A stretch of 50,663 nt of DNA, taken from the NCBI GenBank assembly GCA_039807765.1, contig JBDHRU010000001.1, forward strand, positions 1 through 50,663, given 5' to 3'. This stretch comes from Nitrosomonas sp. Lineage in GTDB: Bacteria; Pseudomonadota; Gammaproteobacteria; Burkholderiales; Nitrosomonadaceae. Of the stretch, positions 1-10,260 are shown in pieces. Within the stretch, counting starts at the first letter, position 1. Each line of letters opens with the position of its first letter. A model generated the notes under the pieces. That model made no database searches. It saw only the letters and a program-made list of their open reading frames with translations, and was not told the DNA's origin. Made by a program: the position numbers and the translations under genes.

Positions 1-657
1 CTGACGGATTTGCCGGTGATTACGTTCGGCCAATCGCAGCAAGTCAAGGTCGGCGATGTCGTGCTGGCGGTCGGCAATCCTTTCGGTGTCGGGCAAAGCG
101 TTACCATGGGGATTGTCAGCGCATTGAGCAGGAGCCGGGTCGGTATCAATACCTTCGAGGATTTCATTCAAACCGACGCGCCGATCAATCCGGGCAATTC
201 CGGCGGTGCATTAACCGATACGTCGGGTAATTTGATCGGTATCAATACGGCGATCTATTCGCGCAGCGGCGGCTCGCTTGGTATCGGGTTCGCCATTCCG
301 GTGCATATTGCCAAGCAGATCATGGAGCAGATCGTGCAAACCGGCAGCGTGATCCGCGGCTGGCTCGGCGTCAGCATGCAGGATATGACCCTGGAATTGG
401 CGGAATCTTTCGGGCTGGAAGAGCCGAACGGGGCGCTGATTGCCAGTGTGCTGAAAGACGGTCCGGCGGACAAGGCTGGCATCAAGACCGGTGATATTCT
501 GATTGGAATAGCAGGCAAGCCGCTCAAGAATTCGTCCGAGATGCTGAATGTGGTAGCCGCGTTGCCGCCGGGTGAAACCGTCACGGTTACGGTCATCCGT
601 AACAAGCGGGAGAAATCGATCCCGGTCAAAGTCGGCGTGCGTCCTAAACAAAAATAG
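1..657 (+). CDS. HtrA/DegS-family periplasmic serine protease with C-terminal PDZ domain (5'-truncated by window edge)
   Basis: [14 protein letters not shown] catalytic-Ser motif, then one PDZ (GWLGVSM...[12 protein letters not shown]); frame is open from base 1. Confidence 0.92.
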   Translation: MTDLPVITFGQSQQVKVGDVVLAVGNPFGVGQSVTMGIVSALSRSRVGINTFEDFIQTDAPINPGNSGGALTDTSGNLIGINTAIYSRSGGSLGIGFAIPVHIAKQIMEQIVQTGSVIRGWLGVSMQDMTLELAESFGLEEPNGALIASVLKDGPADKAGIKTGDILIGIAGKPLKNSSEMLNVVAALPPGETVTVTVIRNKREKSIPVKVGVRPKQK

Positions 658-696
658 CCGCCCATAAAAATTTCAACCTGATGCCATGCAAAATTC

Positions 697-2349
697 ATGA
701 AAAATCTCTTACCCGCTAACGGATTGCTATCCGTCATCGCGCAGTGGTTCAGCGCTAATATTTTGGCGCTCGGACGGGAAATGCGCTTGTCCTATTTGCC
801 GCCGCTGATGGTGTATGTGGCTGCCGGTATTTCCGGTTTGACCGGGATTGTGGGCACGTTTTACGTCAAAGAAAAGCTCGGTCTTTCCGCCGAATTTCTG
901 GCGGCGCTCGGATTCTGGATGATGTTGCCGTGGGCGCTCAAGATGCCGCTGGGGCATCTGGTCGATCTGGTATGGCGCTGGAAAAGTTTGCTGGTGTATC
1001 TGGGCGCCGGTTTGATCATGTTCAGTCTGCTGATCATGGTCGGCTTGCTTGGGCACACCGAAGCGATGGTTGCGATCGCACCGGTTGAAACCTGGTATGT
1101 ATTGTCTGCGCTGCTGGCGCCGGTCGGCTACGTGCTGCAGGATGTGGTCGCCGATGCCATGACCGTCGAGGCGGTGCCGCGCGTTGACGAAAACGGTAAT
1201 AAGTTGGATGCAGAGAAACGCAAGCTCATGCATGTCACTATGCAAACCTTGGGACGTGTCGCTATCATCGGCGGCGGCGTGCTGGTCTCCGTCGCCAACG
1301 TTTTTTTATTGCGCGACGCGGGATCGATGTCCGAAGCGGAGAAGGGCGCAGTGTATTTGCTGGTTTATGAGCTGGCTTTGATCATTCCCGCCGTTTCCAT
1401 TTTCGGTGTCATGTTTGCCTCGTGGCTGCAGCGGCGCGAGCGCAAGCGTTTTCTTGCACAGGGACATAGCCGACAGGAGGTGGATCGATTACTCGGCATG
1501 CACTCGGAGGCGCCTGCAATCAACTGGTGGATTCTCGGCGGCGGATTGGTTTTTACTATGATGTCACTGGGTGTGGGTGTCAGCGGTGTATCCGGCGGCG
1601 AGGAAATCGTGTTTGCCATTTCCATGGCAATTATCGTATTTCTGATGTGGCGATTGACCGGAGAACTGGAGCCCGAAGCGCGCAATGTTCTGGTGGGAAC
1701 TGCGCTGATGATTTTTGTTTTTCGTGCGATTCCCAGCCCCGGCGCGGGCTCTACTTGGTGGATGATCGATGTGCTCGGGTTCGATCAGCAGTTTCTGGCG
1801 GTGTTATCGCTGATCGGCGCGGTGCTGACATTATTCGGCATGTTCATTTTCCGCCGCTTCATGGCGGAACGTTCGATTGCTTATATCATCGCTTTTCTCA
1901 CCATCGTCAGCAGCTTCCTGTCGCTGCCAATTGTCGGTATGTATTTCGGTTTGCACGAATGGACGGCAGCGGTCACGGGCGGTGTCGTCGACGCACGTTT
2001 CATTGCATTGGTCGATACCGCACTGGAGTCGCCGCTGGGGCAAATTGCCATGGTGCCGATGCTGGCCTGGATTGCTAATTCCGCGCCGGAGAAACTCAAG
2101 GCAACCTTCTTTGCCGTGATGGCGTCATTTACCAATCTGGCTTTGTCAGCTTCGCAGCTGGGCACCAAATATCTCAATCAGATTTACGAAGTGAAGCGTG
2201 AAGTGAAAGATATGGCGACCGGTCAGATTCTGGTTCCCGCCGACTACAGCGAACTGGGACATTTACTGATTACCGTCACGATTATCGGCTTCGTGTTGCC
2301 GCTGATCACGATTTTGTTAGTCAAGCATTCCCGTTTCCGCAACGCTTGA
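697..2349 (+). CDS. Folate-biopterin transporter (BT1/FBT family, MFS-like)
   Basis: Multi-TM 550 aa protein; PWALKMPLGHLVD and DVVADAMTVE motifs and ATFFAVMASFTN are typical of BT1. Confidence 0.75.
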   Translation: MKNLLPANGLLSVIAQWFSANILALGREMRLSYLPPLMVYVAAGISGLTGIVGTFYVKEKLGLSAEFLAALGFWMMLPWALKMPLGHLVDLVWRWKSLLVYLGAGLIMFSLLIMVGLLGHTEAMVAIAPVETWYVLSALLAPVGYVLQDVVADAMTVEAVPRVDENGNKLDAEKRKLMHVTMQTLGRVAIIGGGVLVSVANVFLLRDAGSMSEAEKGAVYLLVYELALIIPAVSIFGVMFASWLQRRERKRFLAQGHSRQEVDRLLGMHSEAPAINWWILGGGLVFTMMSLGVGVSGVSGGEEIVFAISMAIIVFLMWRLTGELEPEARNVLVGTALMIFVFRAIPSPGAGSTWWMIDVLGFDQQFLAVLSLIGAVLTLFGMFIFRRFMAERSIAYIIAFLTIVSSFLSLPIVGMYFGLHEWTAAVTGGVVDARFIALVDTALESPLGQIAMVPMLAWIANSAPEKLKATFFAVMASFTNLALSASQLGTKYLNQIYEVKREVKDMATGQILVPADYSELGHLLITVTIIGFVLPLITILLVKHSRFRNA

Positions 2350-2396
2350 TTGATTCTCAAGTTCGCTGACGGGATCCTTCATAACTGGCGGATTGG

Positions 2397-2416
2397 ATCT
2401 CTCCGGAGGTTTTTTT
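2397..2416 (+). terminator. Possible weak intrinsic terminator
   Basis: ATCTC-TCCG-GAGGT short stem with one G-U pair, followed by a T-run, downstream of the BT1 gene. Confidence 0.35.
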
Positions 2417-2487
2417 ATTTGTGTAATTACATCGTTTCAATGCCGGTTATGCGATAATCCTCACAATCGGCTATAAAGTATGAGTTC

Positions 2488-3375
2488 ATGTATAAAACGA
2501 TTGAAAATTATGTTGGTAACACACCTCTAGTAAGACTCAAGCATCTACCCGGAAAAACCCAGAATGTTATTCTTGCCAAACTTGAAGGCAATAATCCAGC
2601 CGGCTCAGTGAAAGACCGTCCGGCTCTGTCGATGATTTCCCATGCACAGAAGCGCGGTGAGATCAAACCGGGCGACACCCTGATCGAGGCAACCAGCGGC
2701 AATACCGGTATCGCGCTGGCGATGGCTGCTGCTATTATGGGGTATCGCATGGTGTTGATCATGCCGGAAAACCTCAGTATCGAGCGGCGCCAATCGATGA
2801 GCGCCTATGGCGCGGAGATCATTCTGACACCGAAGAGCGGCGGCATGGAACAGGCGCGCGATCTGGCGGAAAAAATGCGCGCCGAAGGGCAAGGCATCAT
2901 TCTCGATCAATTTGCCAATCCGGATAATCCGCTGGCACATTATGAAGGTACGGCGCCGGAAATCTGGCGCGACACACAAGGAAAAATCACGCATTTTGTC
3001 AGCAGCATGGGAACGACCGGAACTATCATGGGATGCTCGCGATTCTTCAAGGAGCAGCCAACACCGGTGAAAGTGATCGGGGTGCAACCGGAAGAAGGTG
3101 CGCAGATTCCCGGTATCCGCAAATGGTCGCTGGCGTATTTGCCGAAAATTTTCGACGCCAAGCAAGTCGATGAGATGATTTATGTTTCCCAATCCGAAGC
3201 GGAAGACATGACACGCCGCCTGGCACGCGAGGAAGGGATTTTCGCCGGCATTTCATCCGGTGGCGCGTTGGCGGCGGCGCTGCGTGTATCTGCTGCGGCT
3301 GAAAACGCCGTGATCGTTTTCATCGTGTGCGATCGCGGCGATCGTTATTTGTCGACCGGCGTTTTCCCCGCTTAG
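2488..3375 (+). CDS. cysM: Cysteine synthase B
   Basis: KLEGNNPAGSVKDR PLP-lysine motif, EATSGNTG, C-terminal CDRGDRYLSTGVF typical of CysM. Confidence 0.95.
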   Translation: MYKTIENYVGNTPLVRLKHLPGKTQNVILAKLEGNNPAGSVKDRPALSMISHAQKRGEIKPGDTLIEATSGNTGIALAMAAAIMGYRMVLIMPENLSIERRQSMSAYGAEIILTPKSGGMEQARDLAEKMRAEGQGIILDQFANPDNPLAHYEGTAPEIWRDTQGKITHFVSSMGTTGTIMGCSRFFKEQPTPVKVIGVQPEEGAQIPGIRKWSLAYLPKIFDAKQVDEMIYVSQSEAEDMTRRLAREEGIFAGISSGGALAAALRVSAAAENAVIVFIVCDRGDRYLSTGVFPA

Positions 3376-3425
3376 GGAAAAGAAGCCGGTATGAGGTATC
3401 ATTGCAGCTTAGTATTCAATTCATA

Positions 3426-3836
3426 ATGCTAAACGATAATTTTTCGCTTCCCGTTCGTGTTTATTATCAGGATACGGATGCGGGTGGCGTGGTCTATCAT
3501 TCGATTTATCTGAATTTCCTGGAGCGGGCGCGCTATGAGTGGTTCAGGGCTTTAGGGTTCAATGTGCATGCGTTGAGTGAAGTTCATAAGATATTGTTCA
3601 TGGTGCGCGCATTGGAGATTGAATATTTAAAACCGGCCGTACTGGATGATCTACTGCAGGTGTCGGTCGCGGTTACCGAAGTTGGCGGGAGCCGCATCGC
3701 ATTACTGCAGGAAATCACATGCAGTCATGTCAAGCTAGTGAATGCCACGGTCCAGGTGGTGTGTGTCGGTGCGGAAACGCTCAAACCAACGCGTATTCCT
3801 GCGCCATTACGTGAGAAAATTAGGAAAGTCGCATGA
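3426..3836 (+). CDS. ybgC: Tol-Pal-associated acyl-CoA thioesterase
   Basis: RVYYQDTDAGGVVYHSIYLNFLERAR motif; first gene of tol-pal cluster; start moved to ATG at 3426. Confidence 0.92.
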   Translation: MLNDNFSLPVRVYYQDTDAGGVVYHSIYLNFLERARYEWFRALGFNVHALSEVHKILFMVRALEIEYLKPAVLDDLLQVSVAVTEVGGSRIALLQEITCSHVKLVNATVQVVCVGAETLKPTRIPAPLREKIRKVA

Positions 3837-4513
3837 ACACAACAGTAACACAAGATTTGTCATTTCTACATCTGATCACTAGCGCCAGCGTGCTGGTGCA
3901 ACTGGTGATGTTGATTCTGGTCATGATTTCGCTCTCGTCGTGGTGGTTTATTTTCCGCAAATTGTTTGTCATTCGCTATGAAATAAAGAAAACCGATGAT
4001 TTCGAGGATGTTTTTTGGCGCGGCGCCGATTTGAATGCGCTGTATCAGCGCACGACCAGTGCCCGCTATGAATCAGGCAGCCTGGAGCGTATTTTCGCCG
4101 CCGGTTTCGGCGAATTTAACAAGCACCCTGCCGGATCTGATTTGGAAGCGATAATGGAAAGCACGCGCAGAGCCATGCGTGCTACGTATCAGCGTGAAAT
4201 GGATTATCTGGAATCGCATTTATCGTTTTTGGCTACCGTCGGGTCGGTCAGTCCTTACATTGGCTTGTTCGGTACCGTATGGGGCATTATGAATTCCTTC
4301 CGTAGTTTATCGAGCGTCACCCAGGCAACTATCGCCCATGTCGCGCCGGGGATTGCCGAGGCGTTGATTGCCACCGCGATGGGATTGTTCGCGGCGATTC
4401 CGGCTGTGGTTGCTTATAATCGCTACGCCAGCAGAACCGATCAACTGGCGACGCGCTTTGAAAGTTTCATGGAAGAATTATCCAATGTGTTGCAACGGCG
4501 AGCAGCTGAATAA
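3833..4513 (+). CDS. tolQ: Tol-Pal inner membrane protein TolQ
   Basis: FLATVGSVSPYIGLFGTVWGIM and VAPGIAEALIATAMGL motifs; ATGA overlap with ybgC. Confidence 0.96.
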   Translation: MNTTVTQDLSFLHLITSASVLVQLVMLILVMISLSSWWFIFRKLFVIRYEIKKTDDFEDVFWRGADLNALYQRTTSARYESGSLERIFAAGFGEFNKHPAGSDLEAIMESTRRAMRATYQREMDYLESHLSFLATVGSVSPYIGLFGTVWGIMNSFRSLSSVTQATIAHVAPGIAEALIATAMGLFAAIPAVVAYNRYASRTDQLATRFESFMEELSNVLQRRAAE

Positions 4514-4532
4514 ACAAGACTGAGAGGTTGTT

Positions 4533-4946
4533 ATGGCGCGTCGTGCCAAGCATAGATTGATGAATGAGATCAATGTGGTGCCCTACATTGATGTGATGCT
4601 GGTGCTGTTGATCATTTTTATGATTACAGCACCGATGATTAATCACGGACAAATTGAGTTGCCGCAAATCGGCAAATCGCTGGCGACACCGGCGGCGCCA
4701 CTGGAAGTGATCATCAAGGCGGACGGTAGCCTTACGTTGCGCGATCGCGCCAAGTCAGTTGCGGAGCAGAAAGTCGACCGGAAACAGTTGATCGAAGCGA
4801 TCAAGCAGAAGCAGGCGCAGAATGCCGAGCAACCGGTTGTTATCGCGGCGGATAAGAATGTGCGCTACGAAGAAGTCATCAAAGTGATGGATATTCTGCA
4901 GCAGAACCAGGTGCAGAAAGTCGGTCTGCTGACTCAACAAAAATGA
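4533..4946 (+). CDS. tolR: Tol-Pal protein TolR
   Basis: EINVVPYIDVMLVLLIIFM motif; synteny. Confidence 0.96.
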   Translation: MARRAKHRLMNEINVVPYIDVMLVLLIIFMITAPMINHGQIELPQIGKSLATPAAPLEVIIKADGSLTLRDRAKSVAEQKVDRKQLIEAIKQKQAQNAEQPVVIAADKNVRYEEVIKVMDILQQNQVQKVGLLTQQK

Positions 4947-4956
4947 ACGATTGCTC

Positions 4957-5958
4957 ATGAGTTCGAGCGACCCGCGCAATTCTCCTCATTCCGAACCAAG
5001 ATCATTACTCGCGGGTGTACTGGCGGTGCTGGTGCATGTGGTGTTTATTGCATTTTTGATCTTCGGCGTGAGCTGGAAAGATCATCCGCCGGAAGGGATG
5101 GTGGTTGATATTTGGACTGAATTACCCAAGCCTATTCAGGAGCCGGTAAAAACGCAAGCACCGCCGAAGCAGCCAAAGCCTGCACCGGAGCCTGTAAAAC
5201 CTCAGCCTGAGCCGGAGCCACCCAAACCGGAACCGGTGAAGCCTGTGCCACCCAAAGCAACCGTGGCGCCGCCGGTCAAAAAACCGGATATCGCGATAAA
5301 GGAGAAGCCGGAGCCGGTCAAGGAAAAACCGGATTTGGAAGCGCAAAAGAAAAAGGAACAGGAAAGATTAAAGGAACTGGAAAAGCAAAAAGAGCTTGAA
5401 AAAAAGAAAGAGTTGGAGAAAAAGAAGGAATTAGAAAAGCAGAAAGAGCTAGAGAAGCAAAAAGAAGTCGAGAAGCAGAAAGAACTGGAAAAACAGAAAG
5501 AATTAGCAAAACAGAAGGAAATAGAAAAGCAGCAAGCACTGGAAAAGCAGAAGGAATTACAGAAGCAAAAAGAACAAGAGCTGGCGGCGCAACGGCAGCG
5601 TGAGCAGGAAGCTAAAGTGCAGCGCGAGGCGGAAGCGCGCGCCGCACAGCAGGCTGCGGCAAAGAATCAAGTGACGGGCGAAATCGGTAAGTACAAAGGG
5701 TTGATTCAAGCCAAAATAAAAAGCAGAACCGTGATGCCGCCGGATTTGCCGGGTAATCCGGTCGTGGAATTCAATGTTACCCTGCTGCCGGACGGTGATG
5801 TTCTGGATGTCAGGTTGATCAGAAGTAGCGGTCACGCATCTTTTGACAGTGCAGTCGAGCGCGCGATCTTCTTGTCCAAGCCGCTGCCGTTACCGCCCGA
5901 TCCTGCGCTGTTTCATGAGTTCCGCAGCCTGAATATTAAGGTGCATTATCGTGAATGA
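4957..5958 (+). CDS. tolA: Cell envelope integrity protein TolA
   Basis: N-terminal TM with His (VLVHVV), Pro-rich then K/E-rich helix, TonB-like C-terminus (RSSGHASFDSAVERA); between tolR and tolB. Confidence 0.92.
   Translation: MSSSDPRNSPHSEPRSLLAGVLAVLVHVVFIAFLIFGVSWKDHPPEGMVVDIWTELPKPIQEPVKTQAPPKQPKPAPEPVKPQPEPEPPKPEPVKPVPPKATVAPPVKKPDIAIKEKPEPVKEKPDLEAQKKKEQERLKELEKQKELEKKKELEKKKELEKQKELEKQKEVEKQKELEKQKELAKQKEIEKQQALEKQKELQKQKEQELAAQRQREQEAKVQREAEARAAQQAAAKNQVTGEIGKYKGLIQAKIKSRTVMPPDLPGNPVVEFNVTLLPDGDVLDVRLIRSSGHASFDSAVERAIFLSKPLPLPPDPALFHEFRSLNIKVHYRE
5371..5568 (+). repeat. 11 imperfect 18-bp coding repeats in tolA (KELEKQ-type hexapeptide)
   Basis: Translation KELEKQ KELEKK KELEKK KELEKQ KELEKQ KEVEKQ KELEKQ KELAKQ KEIEKQ QALEKQ KELQKQ. 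Confidence 0.9.
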
Positions 5959-6006
5959 TTGTTATAATCAGCCGGTAATTTTTTGTTTTTTGAAAATTTA
6001 ATCGCT

Positions 6007-7305
6007 ATGTCAATTTATTGGTTCAAGTCTATCCGTAGTGCATGGATTCTTTTTTTATGCCTGATCAGTATGTATTCGCATGCACAACTGAATATCGAAA
6101 TTTTCGGCGGCGGCGCATCGCGTATTCCCATTGCGATCGTTCCTTTTGCCGATGAAAATAAACTGCAGCAAAGCATCACGCCGATCATCGGCGCCGATTT
6201 GCAACGCACCGGTTTGTTCAAACTGGTCGATCCCGCCGGCTTATCACCGCATGCGCCAGCGGAAGTCGTATATGCCGACTGGGTTAACCGCGGCGTGAAT
6301 GCATTGGTGATTGGGCGCGTGGTTGCGCTATCCAGCGAGCAAGTGGAAATACAGTTCCGTTTGATGGATGTTGCCAAGAAATCGCAATTGACCGGTTTGG
6401 CGATTACGGTTCCCACGACACAATTACGCGCGGCAGCGCACCGTATCGCCGATGTCATTTACGAGGCACTGACCGGCGATGTGGGCGTTTTCAGCACACG
6501 GATCGCTTACGTGCTCAAACGCGGCAGTAAATATGCCTTGCAGGTTGCCGATTCCGATGGTTATAACGCGCAATCGATCATTGAATACACCGAGCCGATC
6601 ATTTCACCGGCATGGTCGCCGGATGGCGGTCAGTTGGCCTACGTCTCTTTTGAAAATAAGAAACCCATTGTTTATGTGCAGACATTGGCAACGCGCGAAC
6701 GCAGAGCGGTTGCCAGTTTCAAAGGCAGCAACAGCGCGCCGGCGTGGTCTCCTGACGGCAAGAGACTGGCCGTGGTATTGACCGGACAAGGCGGATCGCA
6801 AATTTTCCTGGTAAATGCGGACGGCAGCGGTTTGCAACGGTTGAGCAAAAGCTCCGGAATCGATACCGAGCCGAGTTTTTCTCCCGATGGCCGCTACATC
6901 CTGTTTACATCCGATCGCGGCGGCAGTCCGCAAATTTACCGCATGCCGGTAACCGGCTCGGAGTCCGCTAATGCCGAACGTCTCACTTTTGAAGGCAGCT
7001 ACAATGTCAGCCCGGATTATAGCCGTGACGGTAAAAGCTTCACTTTTATTCATCGCAGCAATGGTCAATTTAACGTGGCGGTACAGGAAATCGGTTCGCG
7101 GCAAGTGCAGATATTAACGAATTCCAAATTTGATGAATCCCCAAGTTTTGCACCCAATGGCAAGATGATCTTGTATGCGACCGAGATTAACGGGCATGGT
7201 ATATTATCCGCCGTTTCCAGAGATGGGCAGACCAGACAGCATCTGTCGGTGCAAACAGGCGATATCCGGGAGCCGGCATGGGGCCCCTTGCCAAAATGGA
7301 AGTAA
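6007..7305 (+). CDS. tolB: Tol-Pal beta-propeller protein TolB
   Basis: PIAIVPF N-domain, repeated SPAWSPDG/PSFSPDG (PD40) blades; ATG start at 6007 preferred over TTG at 5983. Confidence 0.96.
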   Translation: MSIYWFKSIRSAWILFLCLISMYSHAQLNIEIFGGGASRIPIAIVPFADENKLQQSITPIIGADLQRTGLFKLVDPAGLSPHAPAEVVYADWVNRGVNALVIGRVVALSSEQVEIQFRLMDVAKKSQLTGLAITVPTTQLRAAAHRIADVIYEALTGDVGVFSTRIAYVLKRGSKYALQVADSDGYNAQSIIEYTEPIISPAWSPDGGQLAYVSFENKKPIVYVQTLATRERRAVASFKGSNSAPAWSPDGKRLAVVLTGQGGSQIFLVNADGSGLQRLSKSSGIDTEPSFSPDGRYILFTSDRGGSPQIYRMPVTGSESANAERLTFEGSYNVSPDYSRDGKSFTFIHRSNGQFNVAVQEIGSRQVQILTNSKFDESPSFAPNGKMILYATEINGHGILSAVSRDGQTRQHLSVQTGDIREPAWGPLPKWK

Positions 7306-7335
7306 TGCATAATTTTTAATCACGAGGAGTTAATA

Positions 7336-7866
7336 ATGAGGAAGTTATTAGGTGTTTCATTGATCGTTTTGTTATCGGCGTGCGCTAGTCAAACCACGCA
7401 ACCCGAAGTAGATGACCTCGCCGCAGGCTCGGAGGGTAGCGGCGGTGGCGGCATGAGCAGCAGCGATTTGGGGGGGAGCGGTTCGGGCAGGCCGGGTTAT
7501 TTCAGTCAGCTGAATGATCCCAACAGCATTTTGTCGCAGCGCAGCGTTTATTATGATTTTGATAGTTACACAGTCAAAAGCGAATACCGTGAGCTGGTGT
7601 CGGCGCACGCCCGGTTCTTGCGCGATAACGCCAGCGCCAGCGTGATTCTGCAAGGAAACACCGATGATCGTGGCAGTCGTGAATACAATCTGGCGCTAGG
7701 TCAGCGCCGCGCGGATAGCGTCAAGAACATGATGACCTTGGCGGGTGCTCGTGATGCGCAAATCGAATCCGTCAGCTTGGGAGAAGAAAAACCGCGCGCA
7801 ATGGGTCAAGGCGAGTCCGCCTGGAGTCAGAACCGCCGTACCGACATTCTGTACCGGGGCGAATAA
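7336..7866 (+). CDS. pal: Peptidoglycan-associated lipoprotein Pal
   Basis: Lipobox LSAC, OmpA-like GNTDDRGSREYNLALGQRRA; GAGGAG SD upstream. Confidence 0.96.
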   Translation: MRKLLGVSLIVLLSACASQTTQPEVDDLAAGSEGSGGGGMSSSDLGGSGSGRPGYFSQLNDPNSILSQRSVYYDFDSYTVKSEYRELVSAHARFLRDNASASVILQGNTDDRGSREYNLALGQRRADSVKNMMTLAGARDAQIESVSLGEEKPRAMGQGESAWSQNRRTDILYRGE

Positions 7867-7868
7867 GT

Positions 7869-8777
7869 ATGTTGATACGCGCTTTCCTTTTGCTGGTATT
7901 GCTGAGTAGTAATGTCAGCCATGCCACATTGTTTGGCGATGATGAAGCACGCGAGCAGGTTGATGCATTACGTAAACAGGTCAAGGAAATGGGAGCGCGT
8001 ATTGCTAAGATGGAACAAGCGCTGAATAGCCAGGCATTACTGGAGCTCTACAGCAAAGTTGAATCGCTGGAACAGGAACTGGGAAAGCTGAATGGGCAGA
8101 TAGAAATGCTAAGTAACGATAATGCGCTATTGCAAAAGCGGCAGCGGGACTTTTATATCGATCTGGATAACCGGTTACGCGCGATTGAGCAGCCGGACAA
8201 GCGAACCCCTTCTTCTCATCATCCGGCGCCTAAAAGCACGCCGCACAGTATGATCGAGCCTGCGCCAAAAGAACGGCATGCGGCTGTTGTAGCACCGGCC
8301 GATGCGGCAGCCGCAACGGAATTGCCATTTGCCGTTGAAACGGATTCCGCGGTGGCTGTGGATTCCGGTCCGGTAGCGGCAAATGAGCAGGCGCCCGCCG
8401 GTGCAACAGAAAACAGCGCGTATAAAGGAGCGTATGATCTATTCAAGAATGGTGAATACGCTAACGCGATCGCGCAATTTGAAAGTTTCCTGGAAAATTA
8501 CCCGCAATCCAGCTTGGCGCCGGGCGCTGCTTATTGGATCGGCAATGCGCGCTATGCGTTGCGGGATTACCAATTGGCGATCGATGCACAGAAAAGATTG
8601 ATCAGCAAATACCCCAACAGCAATAAAGTGCCGGACGCCTATCTGAATATCGCCACCAGTCAGCTGGAAATGGGTGATAGCAAGGCCAGCAAGCACACAC
8701 TGGAAAGTATACTGGCGAAATATCCGCAAAGCGATGCAGCAAAAAAAGCCAAGCAACGTTTGACCAACATCAAGTAA
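7869..8777 (+). CDS. cpoB: Tol-Pal coordinator CpoB/YbgF
   Basis: Signal peptide, coiled coil (QRQRDFYIDLDNRL), C-terminal TPRs; follows pal. Confidence 0.92.
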   Translation: MLIRAFLLLVLLSSNVSHATLFGDDEAREQVDALRKQVKEMGARIAKMEQALNSQALLELYSKVESLEQELGKLNGQIEMLSNDNALLQKRQRDFYIDLDNRLRAIEQPDKRTPSSHHPAPKSTPHSMIEPAPKERHAAVVAPADAAAATELPFAVETDSAVAVDSGPVAANEQAPAGATENSAYKGAYDLFKNGEYANAIAQFESFLENYPQSSLAPGAAYWIGNARYALRDYQLAIDAQKRLISKYPNSNKVPDAYLNIATSQLEMGDSKASKHTLESILAKYPQSDAAKKAKQRLTNIK

Positions 8778-8869
8778 GTTTCCGGCTTGAACAAATAGCC
8801 AATCAATCGCAGTTTTCCGCATCATCTACCCAAGTAATATAATCGGTATCTTTTCTGCAGGCGATCAAC

Positions 8870-9529
8870 ATGATGCAAGCGTTAGCAACGACAGTCCTGC
8901 GTATCAGTGAAATTTTCTTTTCATTACAAGGCGAAACCAGCCGGATCGGTTTGCCGACCGTTTTCGTGCGTCTGACGGGCTGTCCTTTACGTTGCGGCTA
9001 TTGCGATACGGCGTATGCCTTTAGCGGCGGCGAGAATCGTTCGATAGCGGAAATTTTGCATCAAGTCGCCCGGTATAAGACAAATTACGTCACCGTTACC
9101 GGTGGCGAGCCGTTGGCGCAGAAAGCATGTCTGGTCTTGCTGACGGCGTTATGCGATGCGCAGTATTCGGTATCGCTCGAGACCAGCGGTGCGCTGGATT
9201 TATCCAGCATCGATACAAGGGTATCAAAGATCATGGATATCAAAACACCCGGTTCGGGTGAAGTCACCAAGAATAACTGGAACAACCTCAACTACTTGAC
9301 ACCGCACGACGAAATCAAGTTTGTACTGTGCGACGAAGCCGATTATCGCTGGGCGTGTGAGCAGATTGAAAGTAGACAATTGCAATCGATAGGTCCGATC
9401 CTTTTTTCCCCGGTGTATGAGAGCCTCGATCCTGCCCAATTGGCATCCTGGATTTTGCGCGATCAAATGCCGGTCAGAATGCAGATTCAATTGCACAAAC
9501 TGCTGTGGGGCGAAGGGCCGGGGCGATGA
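8870..9529 (+). CDS. queE: 7-carboxy-7-deazaguanine synthase (radical SAM)
   Basis: [17 protein letters not shown] radical SAM motif, TGGEP, QLHKLLW. Confidence 0.95.
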   Translation: MMQALATTVLRISEIFFSLQGETSRIGLPTVFVRLTGCPLRCGYCDTAYAFSGGENRSIAEILHQVARYKTNYVTVTGGEPLAQKACLVLLTALCDAQYSVSLETSGALDLSSIDTRVSKIMDIKTPGSGEVTKNNWNNLNYLTPHDEIKFVLCDEADYRWACEQIESRQLQSIGPILFSPVYESLDPAQLASWILRDQMPVRMQIQLHKLLWGEGPGR

Positions 9530-10200
9530 AAAGTGCCGTGGTATTGCTGTCCGGCGGATTGGATTCCGCAACAGTCTTGGCGATTGCACGCAACCAAGGT
9601 TTTCAATGTCATGCGTTGAGCGTCGATTATGGACAGCGTCACCGGTCGGAACTTGATGCCGCGCAAAAGATTGCACACTCACTCGGTGCTCACCGGCACC
9701 AGATTATCAAACTCGATTTGACTGCTTTTGGCGGGTCGGCGCTGACCGATCAAGCAATTGCAGTTCCAACCGCCGGAGAAAAAGCGGAAATTCCGGTTAC
9801 CTATGTGCCTGCCAGAAACACGATTATGCTGTCGCTGGCGTTGGCTTGGGCGGAAACGCTGCAAAGCCAGGATATTTTTTCCGGTGTGAATGCGGTTGAC
9901 TATTCCGGTTACCCGGATTGCCGCCCGGAATACATTCAAGCCTTCGAACGGATGGCGAATTTGGCGACTAAGGCGGGTGTTGAAGGTAAAAAACTCACCT
10001 TTCATGCGCCGCTGATGCACTTGGCCAAAAAAGAAATCATCCGAACAGGAATTGCGCTGGGTGTTGATTACAGCTTGACGGTTTCTTGCTATCAAGCGGA
10101 TGAAGCGGGGCGAGCGTGCGGCATTTGTGATTCTTGCCGCATTCGCAAAACTGGATTCGAAGCTGCGGGCGTAATCGATCCGGCCTGCTATCGATCATAA
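9526..10200 (+). CDS. queC: 7-cyano-7-deazaguanine synthase
   Basis: SGGLDS, YVPARN, GYPDCR, SCY...CGICDSC; ATGA overlap with queE. Confidence 0.96.
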   Translation: MKSAVVLLSGGLDSATVLAIARNQGFQCHALSVDYGQRHRSELDAAQKIAHSLGAHRHQIIKLDLTAFGGSALTDQAIAVPTAGEKAEIPVTYVPARNTIMLSLALAWAETLQSQDIFSGVNAVDYSGYPDCRPEYIQAFERMANLATKAGVEGKKLTFHAPLMHLAKKEIIRTGIALGVDYSLTVSCYQADEAGRACGICDSCRIRKTGFEAAGVIDPACYRS

Positions 10201-10201
10201 G

Positions 10202-10226
10202 CTAAGGAAAATCAGCGCTTCCCTAA
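10202..10226. mobile_element. Collapsed IS5-like element scar
   Basis: CTAA-GGAAAATCAGCGCTTCC-CTAA: 4-bp direct repeat around GGAA...TTCC; the right part matches the element ends at 42977-42990 and 43778-43791. Confidence 0.5.
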
Positions 10227-10239
10227 CGCTTGATCGATG

Positions 10240-10260
10240 AAACCTGATGTAGTCAGGTTT
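10240..10260. terminator. Hairpin between convergent queC and the 115-aa ORF, possibly a terminator
   Basis: AAACCTGA-TGTAG-TCAGGTTT perfect 8-bp stem followed by ATTTTTT. Confidence 0.55.

Noticed and set aside
697-10200. Functional link between the BT1 pterin transporter and queE/queC, or a 7-deazaguanine DNA-modification system
   Set aside because: They are separated by cysM and tol-pal; tol-pal-queE-queC is ordinary proteobacterial synteny and no dpdA-like gene is present.
10201-10258. Expected tRNA or att site after queC
   Set aside because: No tRNA fold, no integrase, and I saw no matching repeat at the far end of the tad block, so it is not called an integrative island.
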